NCBI GenBank assembly: GCA_965235115.1
Contig: OZ249450.1
Coordinates: forward strand, 15,004,001 to 15,068,000
Length of the DNA: 64,000 nucleotides
From: Laetmonice hystrix
Lineage: Eukaryota
Direction of reading: 5' to 3'
The notes under the pieces were generated by a model. It was not told the DNA's origin, did not search any database, and saw nothing but the letters and a program-made list of their open reading frames with translations. Each line of letters starts with the position of its first letter. Within the stretch, counting starts at the first letter, position 1. A program made the position numbers and the translations under genes. Of this stretch, positions 26,263 to 38,300 are shown piece after piece.

Positions 26263-26407
26263 GGGGCAGATCCTTATTTGCTTGTCCATAGGATGCAACG
26301 GTGCATCCTAAAAAGGTTTTTTTTTTGCTGGTCCACGGTGGGCGCACCCCTCTTGAAAAAATGGGTACGCCCGTCGCCACTCTGGACAAAATTCCTGGAT
26401 TTGCCCC
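26263..26407. mobile_element. Short MITE-like element with GGGGCAGATCC / GGATTTGCCCC termini
   Basis: Terminal inverted repeat matches 10/11. Internal 9-bp hairpin TAGGATGCA-acgg-TGCATCCTA at 26289-26310. Confidence 0.5.
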
Positions 26408-27172
26408 AGTACCGTTCTTGAAAACATACCTCTACTTATAAATGGCGGGGTTTATTGAAGATGGGAACAGCTGACGAGTCCCAGCAAGTGTGAAAACGCG
26501 AGTTTGGCGAGTACTTCTGTCAGATGTAGCAACCAATTAACGCTGAGAACTAAATGTGAGTATGAAGTACGGGGAATGGTGTAGACTTCCATCCCCGACA
26601 GAAGAGGACAGCAGTCAGGTTAGTTCATATGATAAGAAGTAGATGCCGATAAGACAAGGCATCTTCAGGTAGGATGTATTTATTGGTCGGGTCTATTATT
26701 GTTGTAGTTGCTGTTAACCTAGTTAAATCAGTAGGGTGGGTGTCATTGTATATTGTGGCGTGTCCATAGAGATCCCATTAATATAGATCATCATGATTGT
26801 CACTCAGATCTCCTGGCCTCAATGATATCAAATGGAGCGGTTGATTTGAAAACAAGTCTCCTTGTTGCGTGATTCAAGCTGAGACAAGGAATGGGGAGCT
26901 GTAACTTCTGGTTTGGGATTACCGATCTTGACAGCCCGTCAACCTGACAAACAGACGACCGGCTGATCGGACCCGGCCAGTGTATGGTTGACGTGCGCGT
27001 CCGCCTGGTGGTACGTTTTAAACCAACATTCTACTCATTCCGAGAGAGTGGGTGGGGGTGAGGCAACGGGGGTAACGTCCGTGCAAAAGGGGGGTACGGC
27101 GAGACGGGGGGGTAGGGTGGAGATAGAAAGGCAGCGTATACAACAATCACCCAGTATGTCGGAGATCCACGT

Positions 27173-27227
27173 GATCCACCAAGATGGTGGATGGTGATCC
27201 ACCAAGATGGTGATCCACCAAGATGGT
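27173..27227. repeat. 16-bp repeat x3
   Basis: GATCCACCAAGATGGT at 27173, 27196 and 27212. Confidence 0.85.
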
Positions 27228-27801
27228 GCTGCCTCGGCCCAGGTCTCACACCTGTTCTTGTTCTGCCTTTGCTCAGGCAATAATGAATCAATTAATAATT
27301 CAACAATTTAATTTTATGACAAAGCTGAACGATCAGTAATCTCTGACAATATCGAAATGTCATTCAGCAGATTCCACCTTCAAAGGACACCGACCTGATT
27401 CAGTGCTTAGTGCCCTACTTTTCTATTTCACACGGATATGGAAAAAATGACAAATTAAATCAAGAATAGGCGCATGTTACGATGTCATAATTATAATGGT
27501 TTGCAGTGTTACTTTTTTTCAAATTACTTCCTTTGTCTTTTTTAGATTCCAATTAGTGGGAGACTTTCAGGGCTTCTTTTAGTTGTCAAAAGGCGTATAG
27601 TTCCGTAATGTTCCCTGGTTTCATTAACGATATCTATGGGGAAGTGTTTCCAAACACTCTTCGATATCCACTGCTCTTAAAAGATAGCTGTATTCTAACT
27701 TGTTCTGCCTTGTTTGAACCTTAAATGTTGCTGCTGGTTTCGTCTTCTCGGTTCGACATGTCCTTTTAATTTTTCTATCTGTCCAGGTGTATTCCTGGCA
27801 C

Positions 27802-28203
27802 ATAGGGCTGGCCAGTTCTCGTGTCCTAGATATGCAAATATGCGAGAACGAGCGAGACTGGAGACAAACAGATAATACTCTCGTCAGCTTAGCATTACTA
27901 CGCCCATAGGAACCAGCGACTGGCAACTTCAAAATAGTTTTACTCCCCAATGAGGGCACTTTGAATCTTGAGCCTTACAAATATGATTAACTAACAATTT
28001 TAGTGAATGAAGAGGTACATTTTACATGAAAGAAGTTAATCGTTATAATACAGCCTGAGTTTAGAAAGTATATTTAAATACTGAGCCTATGTTAAACCTA
28101 TGGGAAATTTGCGACGTAACATTTTGTTGTTCCCAAAGCGAAGTGGTTTGAGGCTATTTTACGACATTTGCATATCTAGGACACGAGAACTGGCCAGCCC
28201 TAT
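27802..28203. mobile_element. MITE with perfect 38-bp terminal inverted repeats
   Basis: ATAGGGCTGGCCAGTTCTCGTGTCCTAGATATGCAAAT (27802-27839) is the exact reverse complement of 28166-28203. The interior is AT-rich and non-coding. The termini can be read as TA|GGG...CCC|TA. Confidence 0.88.
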
Positions 28204-29199
28204 ATCGGGCGCCACGAAGGATCGGTCTAGTTTCCTGACGCCACGTTTTTCAAAGCAGCGACTCGGGGCCCGTCTGACGTCATTAGATACCCAAACTTAC
28301 GATGACCTTAAAATATAATGAGACTCTAAGTGCGCCAACGTGTCGAGGTTATGGCTGGTCGTGGAGCCTGCCACAGCCTGGTACCAATCAGGAAACGTCT
28401 CTATCAGACCGAGGCTTAGGCCTACTACACACATTAGCCTTGGGCATGCGCTGTTGATTTGATTACCACCCGCGCCTTCCAACCACACCCACAGAATTAA
28501 GGTAATCAAACCAGGCATGCTGGGCACCGAGTCGCTGAGGTCTGATACTAACCCTAATGTCTTAACTGCCCTCGTAAATCTACACCTTTACATCAAGTAA
28601 ACAGTTAATCACCAAATGCCAAATGATTTATATCATGTACTTCCCCGGCATTGTCGCTTCTCAACTGATGTCTAGGCTGCCACGCAAAGTGCTGCTTGGC
28701 GTGTTTCAAATTCCGTCTTAATTGAATGTAACAATGCTTTTGTTGGGCTGGATTAAGACCGATGAACAACATCTAATGCTGTCATTCCTTGTCTAAACTA
28801 AACTGAACAAATCTGCGGGTTATTCTGACTGTTATAAATTGCAGGCTCATTTTAACGGCGCCTATAGGAATTCCCTGATATGTAAAATGTTTAAAGACGT
28901 TGAAAACGGTACAGTTTCTTTCAACTTTCCTCGAATTTGTAGGGTCCTATATTTCTACCTGCCAACGCCTTCGTCACTGCTTCATTTTTGAATTATGTAG
29001 AATCTAAAACTAGACCTCTAGCAGAGGACAAATAGTGAGGACTTGTCTTGTCAAGAATGTGGCCAGCCAAGCCTTCGATAAGGAATGATCTATAAGAAAG
29101 CTTCTTACAGGTCACCTTGGACTCAAAGCCAAGCAAAAAGAACAAAACAATGACTGGAGGGGTGCGTACCCCCTGCACCCTCCCGGATCCGCCGAGGAG

Positions 29200-29385
29200 T
29201 CAGCCATACATTGCCCGACTCATACAGTGTTCTGCTGTGTCACATTGGACTGCACACGTTTTGTAATCTCCACATTGAGCGGCGTGCGCCTCATCAAAAA
29301 CAGCCATCGAGAATTCTGCGAATGTCAGTGACGTGTGATGTATGGCGCAGCGGCCGACTGGCACTACAATTGATTCACTCGCCAT
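29200..29385 (-). pseudogene. Possible DExH-helicase fragment (motif II)
   Basis: The minus ORF contains FAEFSMAVFDEAHAA, and 27 residues later AMYG followed by a frameshift-like TGACTCCT, roughly where motif III (xxGLTATP) is expected. Confidence 0.3.
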
Positions 29386-29410
29386 GTATCAGACGGCAGA
29401 AATCTTGAGT

Positions 29411-29490
29411 CCTGCATTGGTCGTACCATGTGACCTGCATCATCCAAGGACCTGCATTGGTCGTACCATGTGACCTGCATCATCCAATGA
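29411..29490. repeat. 40-bp tandem duplication
   Basis: CCTGCATTGGTCGTACCATGTGACCTGCATCATCCAA(G/T)GA twice. Confidence 0.95.
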
Positions 29491-29562
29491 CTTTCTGTGA
29501 CGCAAAGAAACCTTTGGTCGGGAGACAAACTGTCGGAAGTTGGTCGCGTCTTTACTTCTACC

Positions 29563-29631
29563 TTTTTGCGACATCCAAAATTTGGATGTCGCAAAAACGT
29601 GTAACATGTCATTTAATGACATGTTACACGT
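29563..29631. repeat. Two abutting perfect palindromes (17-bp arms, 1-nt centre each)
   Basis: TTTTTGCGACATCCAAA-A-TTTGGATGTCGCAAAAA (29563-29597) and ACGTGTAACATGTCATT-T-AATGACATGTTACACGT (29597-29631). Confidence 0.97.
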
Positions 29632-32600
29632 CTGTGTGAGGCGTTTACACAATAGCTCCGATTATTCGAAGTAAGGCCGTTACAAGAGTTACATCTCAAA
29701 CATTTCTTCATTGATAATCCGTGCAGAGCCAGCTGTCACATCATCATTTCCCGCCTTTAGCATCGCCATTCGTTTTTAATTAAAACGACGAGCATAATTA
29801 GGACTACGCATACATGTCAATATTCTCCCCAATCAGCTGAATTACGCTACCTCCTGTGAGCTTAATATGGAAGTTAATCCATCTTTCAAAAATGTGAATC
29901 CCAACACATTTGTTTTCAAATGAACCACAGAGCTTTTCATTAATTTCCCATTCGTCCTGCTGTGGGTCTAGATGTGTTTATTGATGCTAAATTAAGACAC
30001 TGAAACTAGTGAAAGACTTTGCAACTGTCTGTGGACTGACCCATATTTCGTACATAGAGTAGAAAATTGTAAGGCGGAACGTACGTCTAATAACTCTCCC
30101 TGAGTCGACCCACATCTGCCGCACTATGCCCACCCCGAACCCTATCCTTTCCTACTCTTCCCTTCCCCCGCCCCGAACCCTACCCTACCCCTCCCTATCG
30201 TACCCCACCCCCTTCACGGTGTCGTGACCTGACTGGCCATACGGATGTAAGACGCATGCGCCTGGTGAGTGATGGGTATCACTGGTAGCGCGAGATTCTC
30301 CGATAGCCACGGAGAACGATATCCGGGAAGGCGGTACCGACGCCGCCCTCAGGTAATCATAGGAACCAAGTGGTATTCACTGTACACAAGTCTGCGACCA
30401 TCAATATAAGTACTAGAATTCCGTTCAAGGGCGAAGGATTTACTTGGCCTGAGAACGGCGCAGCCGGATACACGGCTTCAAATCGCTGACATAGCTAACA
30501 TCGAGGGCCTAAACAGATGAGGGGAAAACATCTCGTCCTGATGATCTGTCTTGGTTCTTATCTATCTGTTTCTTCTTATTTACCGCCGGAGAACGTGCTC
30601 TGACGCCGGCGTTGGTGGGTCGGGATATTTATACTTTTTTTCTGTAAGGAGGGAGATGTACCGGGCATCGATATCACATCATCGCCTTCCAACAATAACG
30701 CAATCTCGCTAAAGTGTGGATGTGTTTACAGCCTTTCGAATTCCCGCAAACAAAAATTGGGCAACTCTAAACAAGACGAAGCCTGGGGCAAGGAGCGTGG
30801 AGTGTCTGCCACGTGGGGCATCCCGTGTCAAGTGCCACCACCAGGCGGCCACCACGGCGCAGGAGACTGACAACAATTACCAGAGCGGAAGTCGTCTAAA
30901 AGCGAGGCTGGCGGTCTGGCACCCGGCCGAGGCGGCACGTGGGTGGTTGGGATCCCTCGCCAGGTCATCATGCCCACAGGGTGACGGATTCCCGGGTGAG
31001 CAAGAAAATACTGAATGTATCAACAGTACTGAAAGATTTAATGGTAAACTCGTCACTAGTAACGCACGGTGGCTAGAGTCAAAACTACAACGTACGACGT
31101 TCAACATGTGAGTCGACGACGTGGAGGAAGGACATCCACCCAATATTTGAACTCTCACTGGACGCCATCACCTTTCTGTGAGTACAGATCGGTTGGTGAG
31201 TGTCGGGCCGTCCTTGTCAGTGCCCACCTGACACAGTAAAGACAGCCCAACCTCAAAGTACTCTTCAAAACATATGGGACCACAGCGAACCGAACTCTCA
31301 AAACGTTAGAGGCTACAGCTCAGAACATCAAGACTGGAATATGAAAGATGCACAAGAATGGGGATGGGCTAGCATATGTACCCGCACGGAACCAGAACTC
31401 GAACATATCCACGGAGAAATGAACAAAGAATGTTGTAATGACAACATGTATTAGTGCTCCATCGCGAAGTCGTTGGTAAACACCAAATCTGCCCCGACGT
31501 GTCGCCACATATTGAACAGGTGGCACCGTTACGATGAGTAAAACATCACGATTATTTATGTCCCTCCCGTCCCTCATAGACTCGTGACATCCTTTCACCC
31601 TCACACCCATGCGACCCTTCCGTCCTCGGCATGTCCACCTCACATCCCAAGTTCAAACACTGTCGATCCAACTACATCCACAACTATCGCCACAAAGGTA
31701 GCAGATTCGTGGATACCTCCCGGAGTTGAACTTTGAAGTGACGACATGAGCAATGATAAAAGTACGTACTCACGGGTAAAGTCGACGTGCAATTGTCGCG
31801 ATGCGCGGCCTGCCGCCGTATATAACATTCACCTGTGTACTTCCATCTAACAATGTCACACATCGATCCGTTCCATATGAATGATGTCTGCGTGCGGCTA
31901 GCGGGAGGACCATACCTCGAGGATCCAAACCCTAAATATAGATCACACAGACATCCTCGGCCCCGCCGCCGCAGGTCAAGCGGGTGTGTGGAGAGCAGGT
32001 GTTGGGCAGTAGGAGCCCGGGGACGGTCAGCGGTGTTTTTATCGGAGAGGTCCCAAGTGGCCCTCAAGGGTGGTGACGGACTGTGGACAGTATTACCGCC
32101 TTCTCTCCCACAAATGTCACTCGTATGTATGCCTGGTGCACGAAGAGGTGTGTGACGCCGACATGGAGACATTGTGCTTGGAGCGAAACGTCATCGATTA
32201 ATAAAAATATCAACGTACCCCCCCCCCCTCAAATGCTTTCAACGCGTTTTAGATCGTGTTTAGCGAGCGTGCACCACGTGGGACCAAACGTCAACGCGTT
32301 CGCCTGAAAGAAAATCGCAGCCGGCTGAAAATGGCAAAATGGTCGACAGGTTGCTGATGGCTGAAACCAGTGGGTTAAAAGGAAAGTGATTTTATGATTA
32401 GTGCCACACGCCAAGTGTAACATACCTGTTGATAACCGGAGGTGGTGACAGAGCACTAACTAAGGTTGTGGGAGGTAGCGATAGATGAACTTCCGCCGGC
32501 CGTTTACCTTCCGGTAGGTCAACAGGTCAGCGAGGACACATTGGCTGGGAGGCAGGTGAAATATTTGATGTGAATGCGGGCTGAGCCCAAGTAATGACGA

Positions 32601-33074
32601 ACCACACGGCTAGGTACATCAAGTCAATGCCGAGTTGGGTAGGTCAACTGCGGCCGGCAATTTGTACCCTTTTCCGGTCACGTAGCGGTCAATGCGAGAA
32701 TAGCAGCAGGAATGATAATGATGGGGCAAACTCTGCATGCTCAAATGAATTCATCATGTTTTGCTGAAGAGGATATTCCTAAATTTGATGATAGATATAA
32801 ATGATCATTCCCACCTTCATCCTTCAGCAGGACGACTCGAATATTAGAGCGGGGCGGGTCTTTTCCCCCTCTGATCGTTCCGGTCTGCAATCCGGTGTGG
32901 GGAGAGTCAGTCGCGCCAATTTGACTTAAAGTGTGATCGCGCCCTTTTTCTCTTAGTGAAACTATATCCTGTCCCTCACTGTAGCTCACACATCACCTTC
33001 TCAGGAATGGCACCACCTGTATTGGCTAAAACCAACAATATTGTCGTATCCGACGGATTTACGATTCATAATGT

Positions 33075-33665
33075 GTGGGTTTCAAAAGTCCGCATCCTCT
33101 GTGCCTGTATGGCCCGGAAGGCTTCTTGCCAGAGTTACTTTACGAGACAGCAGCAATACTATTACACGGCGAACGAACCTCACGTCTATTAGATAATTAT
33201 CTGGTGATAAAAACGACGTACCACCCGCCACAGAGGCCGCATGGAGAACACTACGAACGCCATGGCCTGTTCGGTCTGCCGGCGGCCCTCACGGAATGCG
33301 TGCACATCCATGAAGAGTCCATGTATAACTATACTGAGTGGAAGTTTTACTTGCTACATCCAGCCTCAAAGTCAGGGTCTGCCGTATGGGTCTACCGTTA
33401 GCCGAGAGCCTTTTTCCCACGAGGGTCTAACCCGTGTACATCGGATCACAGACAAGGCAAGAACCGGGGTGGAGGAGATCACAGACTGTTTACTGTATAC
33501 CTCGGTCCCTCACGGGAACGCCGAGTGCGTCTGAAGGGAAAACTGACTCCGTCACACTGTATCACGAACTCCAGCTGTAGTTTTTACGTGACGTTGGTGT
33601 GTCACGCAATTAAGGTCATGCGTATGTACCTGTCCTCCGACTGCAGACACGGATGTACCTCTTGA
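33075..33665 (+). pseudogene. Decayed intronless reading frame, unassigned product
   Basis: One frame stays open for 197 codons with a single stop (33399). The overlapping frame 33241-33534 has a protein-like second half, suggesting a frameshift near 33390. Confidence 0.35.
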
Positions 33666-34096
33666 AATGGGTACCCGAAATCTTGAAGTCAGATATACAA
33701 TAGGCGACTTCTAATGTCAACAATAACGATCGCCCAGTAGTTAAAGGTAGAATGTGTCTCCCAGAAAGTTGTACACACCCTTTGATAACATTAGGCGCCA
33801 ACAGCGTGACCAGCTATACTGGAATGAAGAATGAACAGTCCCCAGTTAACGAATGACAAAGGATATTTACAAGACATAAACATTATGTAACTCTGACACC
33901 CCCGCCTCCCTACTAAAACCTTTGGTAACGTAGGTGTGATAGCTTTTGGTATTCAGCCAAAAGAAGATAAGGATAAAAACTGAGCTGAGATCTTGAAGTA
34001 CGTTTGTGAGGGAAGCAGAGCAGAGGTTGCCAAACCAGAAGGTCTGGCTGCGTGTGGTTTGGCCCCAGGCTGAGACCTCCCGCGTAGAGCTAACAC

Positions 34097-34458
34097 GACC
34101 AAGTAACGGACATTGTCTGTTACACCGACCAAGTAACGAACATTGTCTGTTACACCGACCAAGTAACGGACATTGTTACACCGACCAAGTAACGGATATT
34201 GTCTGTTACACCGACCAAGTGTAACGGACATTGTCTGTTACACCGACCAAGTAACGGACATTGTCTGTTACACCGACCAAGTAACGGACATTGTCTGTTA
34301 CACCGACCAAGTAACGGACATTGTCTGTTACACCGACCAAGTAACGGACATTGTCTGTTACACCGACCAAGTAACGGACATTGTCTGTTACACCGACCAA
34401 GTAACGGACATTGTCTGTTACACCGACCAAGTAACGGACATTGTCTGTTACACCGACC
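34097..34458. repeat. Minisatellite, 30-bp palindromic unit, about 12 copies
   Basis: Unit CCAAGTAACGGACATTGTCTGTTACACCGA, containing the near-palindrome GTAACGGACA-T-TGTCTGTTAC. There are no spacers. Confidence 0.97.
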
Positions 34459-34780
34459 TCCTTTGTTCGTAATCCGAGTATTGACACGGGTCGAGGACAA
34501 GCCATGCTTAATTTCCTGAAATCGGATAAAATAATGAAACTGAAAATCTTGGGCTTTAAAGAGACCGGATTTTTTTTGTCAGGAACAATACATTGGATTC
34601 CCTTTGATTTGCGTCAAAAATGACAAACTTGTGTTGTTTTCATTCCAGTTGGCCGACTTTTCATCACCCAATCAAGGTGAAATGCTCTGAAAGGGACACC
34701 GAAGAGCAGGCTTTGGCAACAATATTTCAGTTGTATCAAGGCAGCCGGTTTAACTGGTTGAATAAACCGAACCATCCGAG

Positions 34781-35324
34781 AAAAACTACTGATCAGTACT
34801 GACAACCATACCAAACCTTGCATATCGCTATAACATATCGCTATAACACACGACAAAACTGTACTGACAACCATACCAAACCTTGCATATCGCTATAACA
34901 TACAACAAAAACTGTACTGACAACCATACCAAACCTTGCATATCTCTATAACATATCACTATAACACACGACAAAAACTACCGATCAGTACTGACAATAA
35001 TACCAAACCTTGCATATCGCTATAACATACAACAAAAACTGTACTGACAACCATACCAAACCTTGCATATCGCTATAACATATCGCTATAACATATCACT
35101 ATAACACACGACAAAAACTACTGATCAGTACTGACAACCATACCAAACCTTGCATATCGCTATAACATATCGCTATAACACACGACAAAAACTACTGATC
35201 AGTACTGACAACCATACCAAACCTTGCATATCGCTATAACATATCGCTATAACACACGACAAAAACTACTGATCAGTACTGACAATCATACCAAACCTTG
35301 CATATCGCTATAACACACGACAAA
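34781..35324. repeat. Composite minisatellite, about 60-87-bp units (core about 74 bp), about 8 copies
   Basis: TACTGACAACCATACCAAACCTTGC + 1-3 copies of ATATCGCTATAAC + one of two alternative tails. Confidence 0.95.
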
Positions 35325-38300
35325 GTGATTCGAACTTCAGCAGCGACTGCGGCACAACTCTGGCCAGTGACAGAAGGGCAAACCGAAGGCATGTGTCACA
35401 ACACCCCACTTTATCGCTAAAGAACTTCTTGTAGTGGTGAAATTTCAATGGTGGTGGATGGGGTGGGGTATTAATGTTTGGAGGTGGGGTAACACAAACA
35501 TTATCCATCTCCTTGGCTTGGAAAAAAGGCACGGAACAGTGCAGTTGTACCGCAAACGTTCGGAAATAGCTGTGGTTTGTATATGCAATAACAAACCAAT
35601 TTGGATGCGCTTTCCTCCAACATAGCTGATAGCATCATGTATATCGAGTTTTTATTGAAATAAAATATCGCTTGCAGAAAAAGTAGAGGCATAATGCGTT
35701 ATTTTTCTTCAGCGACAGCTGTGATATAGAGCTTACGTCTCTCTGAAGCCTTTGATGAAAAAAAGTTCAGTAATTACGAGTAGAACAAATACATCAAGAT
35801 ATTGAGCGTCAAAGTTAATCTGTAGCTATTTGCTTCAAGTTTTTCCCCCAGTCTGTTTCATATCATATACAGCTGAATATCAGGCCTATTCGCTTCGGAC
35901 AAGTGAGATCGCTTTACATCAGTGCTATCATAACGGCACGAGAGGTCATCCCGACATCCCCAGCGTCTTCCGGTTATCGCCCTCTCGCCACTGGTCTCGT
36001 GGCTCGCGAGATATCGTACCGGATTTCAAAGTAGGCCGCCCGGTGCGCCCTCTGTGGTCGACTTGCCAAGGTAGCCATTAACGCGGCGGACGGCTGGCTG
36101 TGCGGCGGGCAGTGTCAGGCCGTAGTAGTTGGCCACGTCCAATCTCCCGTGGCGCTCCTTAGACGATCCTGGCCTGCTGCCAAGCCTCCCAGCTGCCGGT
36201 TGTAGTAGTTACCCACTACTACCCGTCACAACGCGCCGTTCTCGTCTGCTTAAATGTTACCTACATCCAGGAAACGACCAACCATTCCCGCTTGAATGCA
36301 CACCCGTACAAAATACAGCGGGTGGTTATCTTGTAGGCTTCATATAGGAGTGAAATATGGGAGACAACCTTGAGATATACCCTGCTGAGACATCGGATCG
36401 GGCAAGGTGGGGGAATCTTTGAGGCGGTACTTTCGAGTCTCAACAAGTGACAGGAGATGGAGGAAGAGAGACGCGCCCCCCTTAATTCAATAATTATATA
36501 CTTACATCAACCCGTGATTCCTGAAATCGCAAGGAATTCGCAGAATGAAATGCCCAGCGTATCATTGCCATAATGTCTACTGGAGAACGGCTACCGGACC
36601 CTACAGCTGTATCCTCCAACTGACAGGCGTCGCGTACCACAATCAACCTGATTGCCTTCTTACCAAGGTCTGCACACTATTGAATCATTCCGTAATATTG
36701 CCCTTCAAGTCATGAACGGATAACAGACGTGACTTGAAAATCAGAGAATTCTGACATTTCAGAGGCCTTAATGTTAAACTCGGCTCTGCACAACGAAAGT
36801 TGCCATTTGAAACTACTACATCAAGTATTTCACGTAGCAACCACAGATCTCTAGTCGGGTGGAGAAAACTCCATTAAAAGTTACATTTCAGGACAGGTTC
36901 TTCATGCTCCGTGCTTCGTTTAAATTCCAACCAGTAGGATTCAGACAATGGAAGCAACATTTTGAAAGACAGAATCTATCAGGTTTCAGACATGTCATGG
37001 CTCTTCAATATCAGCCAGAGAGACATTAGCCTCTACCTAATTGCACAGATTCCTCGAAATTATTTGTATAGTTTTGTTTTGTTCTGCTGACCTTGATTTA
37101 AGACCGAACGTCCTGTATTGGAAGGGAGGCTGGGTCATCAAGAAGACATTCCGCAGCCATCAGAGGAAATTGTCATTTTGGTACCATTTTGTGTACAACG
37201 AAAACAACATTCCCCCCCCCCCTTTGATGCTTTCACGTTTTGTTTGTCTTGTAAAATTCTCTAGCAATCTTACAGGTAACCTCCGAAATCCCTAAACCAG
37301 AAAACACAAGGTTCACTTCCCCTAAATGTTCCAGGCTACATTCCAGTGCCAAGTTTTCTTACATCTATAGTGTGTGAGCTTGAGTTCTGTGCTATTATAT
37401 TAAACATGAGGATAACAACGACATGTCGGCAGCGACCTGTCATGCAAACGATTATCAAGGTGCAAACACTATGACCCCTGCTTCAGGCCCCTGGATGCGT
37501 ATGCGTCGTGAAGGATTCGCTGGCCGGTCGATTCGGAATAGCATATCCTGAGGTCAAAGGTCACTGTAAATCGATAACCTTATGTTTGCAGTTCGATCGG
37601 AGCAATTCAACGCTATGGATCAATACATTCATGAATATTTCCCTTTGCGTCTGATCATCAATTGCGTTAAATAACATCATTGCAAATGTACTGCCACACT
37701 GAAACCGTTTTACTTCAAGGTCGTCCAAGCAAAGGCCTTTGTCCGTTAGTTGAATTCGGGGCCAACTCAATTTAAATCCCAACCGACGATACCTATTGAG
37801 GGTCCGTCAAATATACCAGCAAGCTTTCTATCGATTAGACAGCCATTGGGAACTACTACGTAACAACCTGTCTAGTTGTACGTACGTGTTTAGTGTAGAT
37901 TATTGTCCCATCATTTTATCGGTAGCTGCATGCGAGGAGCGGACGAGTATAATCAAGGCAGTAAGTAACAGAAAGAGCACATGGCATGGGAGGCCGGGAG
38001 TAAAACGGTACAAGAGGCACATCTTGGTTATGGCAGACAATATCGGACGTTCGGACGACCGTTATCTGACGTGAAAAACGGGCATTAACCGCCAGTCACA
38101 CACATACCTGGCTCGGAGGTCATCCCAATCTCACATAGCTCACAGGGATAGAACCTGCCGGCCGCAGGGGGGGGGGGGTATTGGTGGACCCACCACATGA
38201 TATACAATACAGGAGACTATTGACGTCAAGTTATCATAATATTACTGCTCCAACTGGTATTCTATCCCTTCTAATTATCTATTGTATGCTCATAATCTGA

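Noticed and set aside
26466-26530. Hammerhead-like CTGACGAG...GAAA
   Set aside because: Stems II and III do not pair properly. Similar near-misses at about 19762 and 26660 also lack the GAAA core.
34097-34519. CRISPR array and repeat-derived ORFs
   Set aside because: Palindromic units are head-to-tail with no unique spacers, there are no cas genes, and the context is eukaryotic. The ORFs are repeat artefacts, as are those at 13656-14079.
36940-37010. Integrase-like SDNGSN...WLFN
   Set aside because: The spacing is too short for BEL/Pao integrase and no other catalytic motifs are present.
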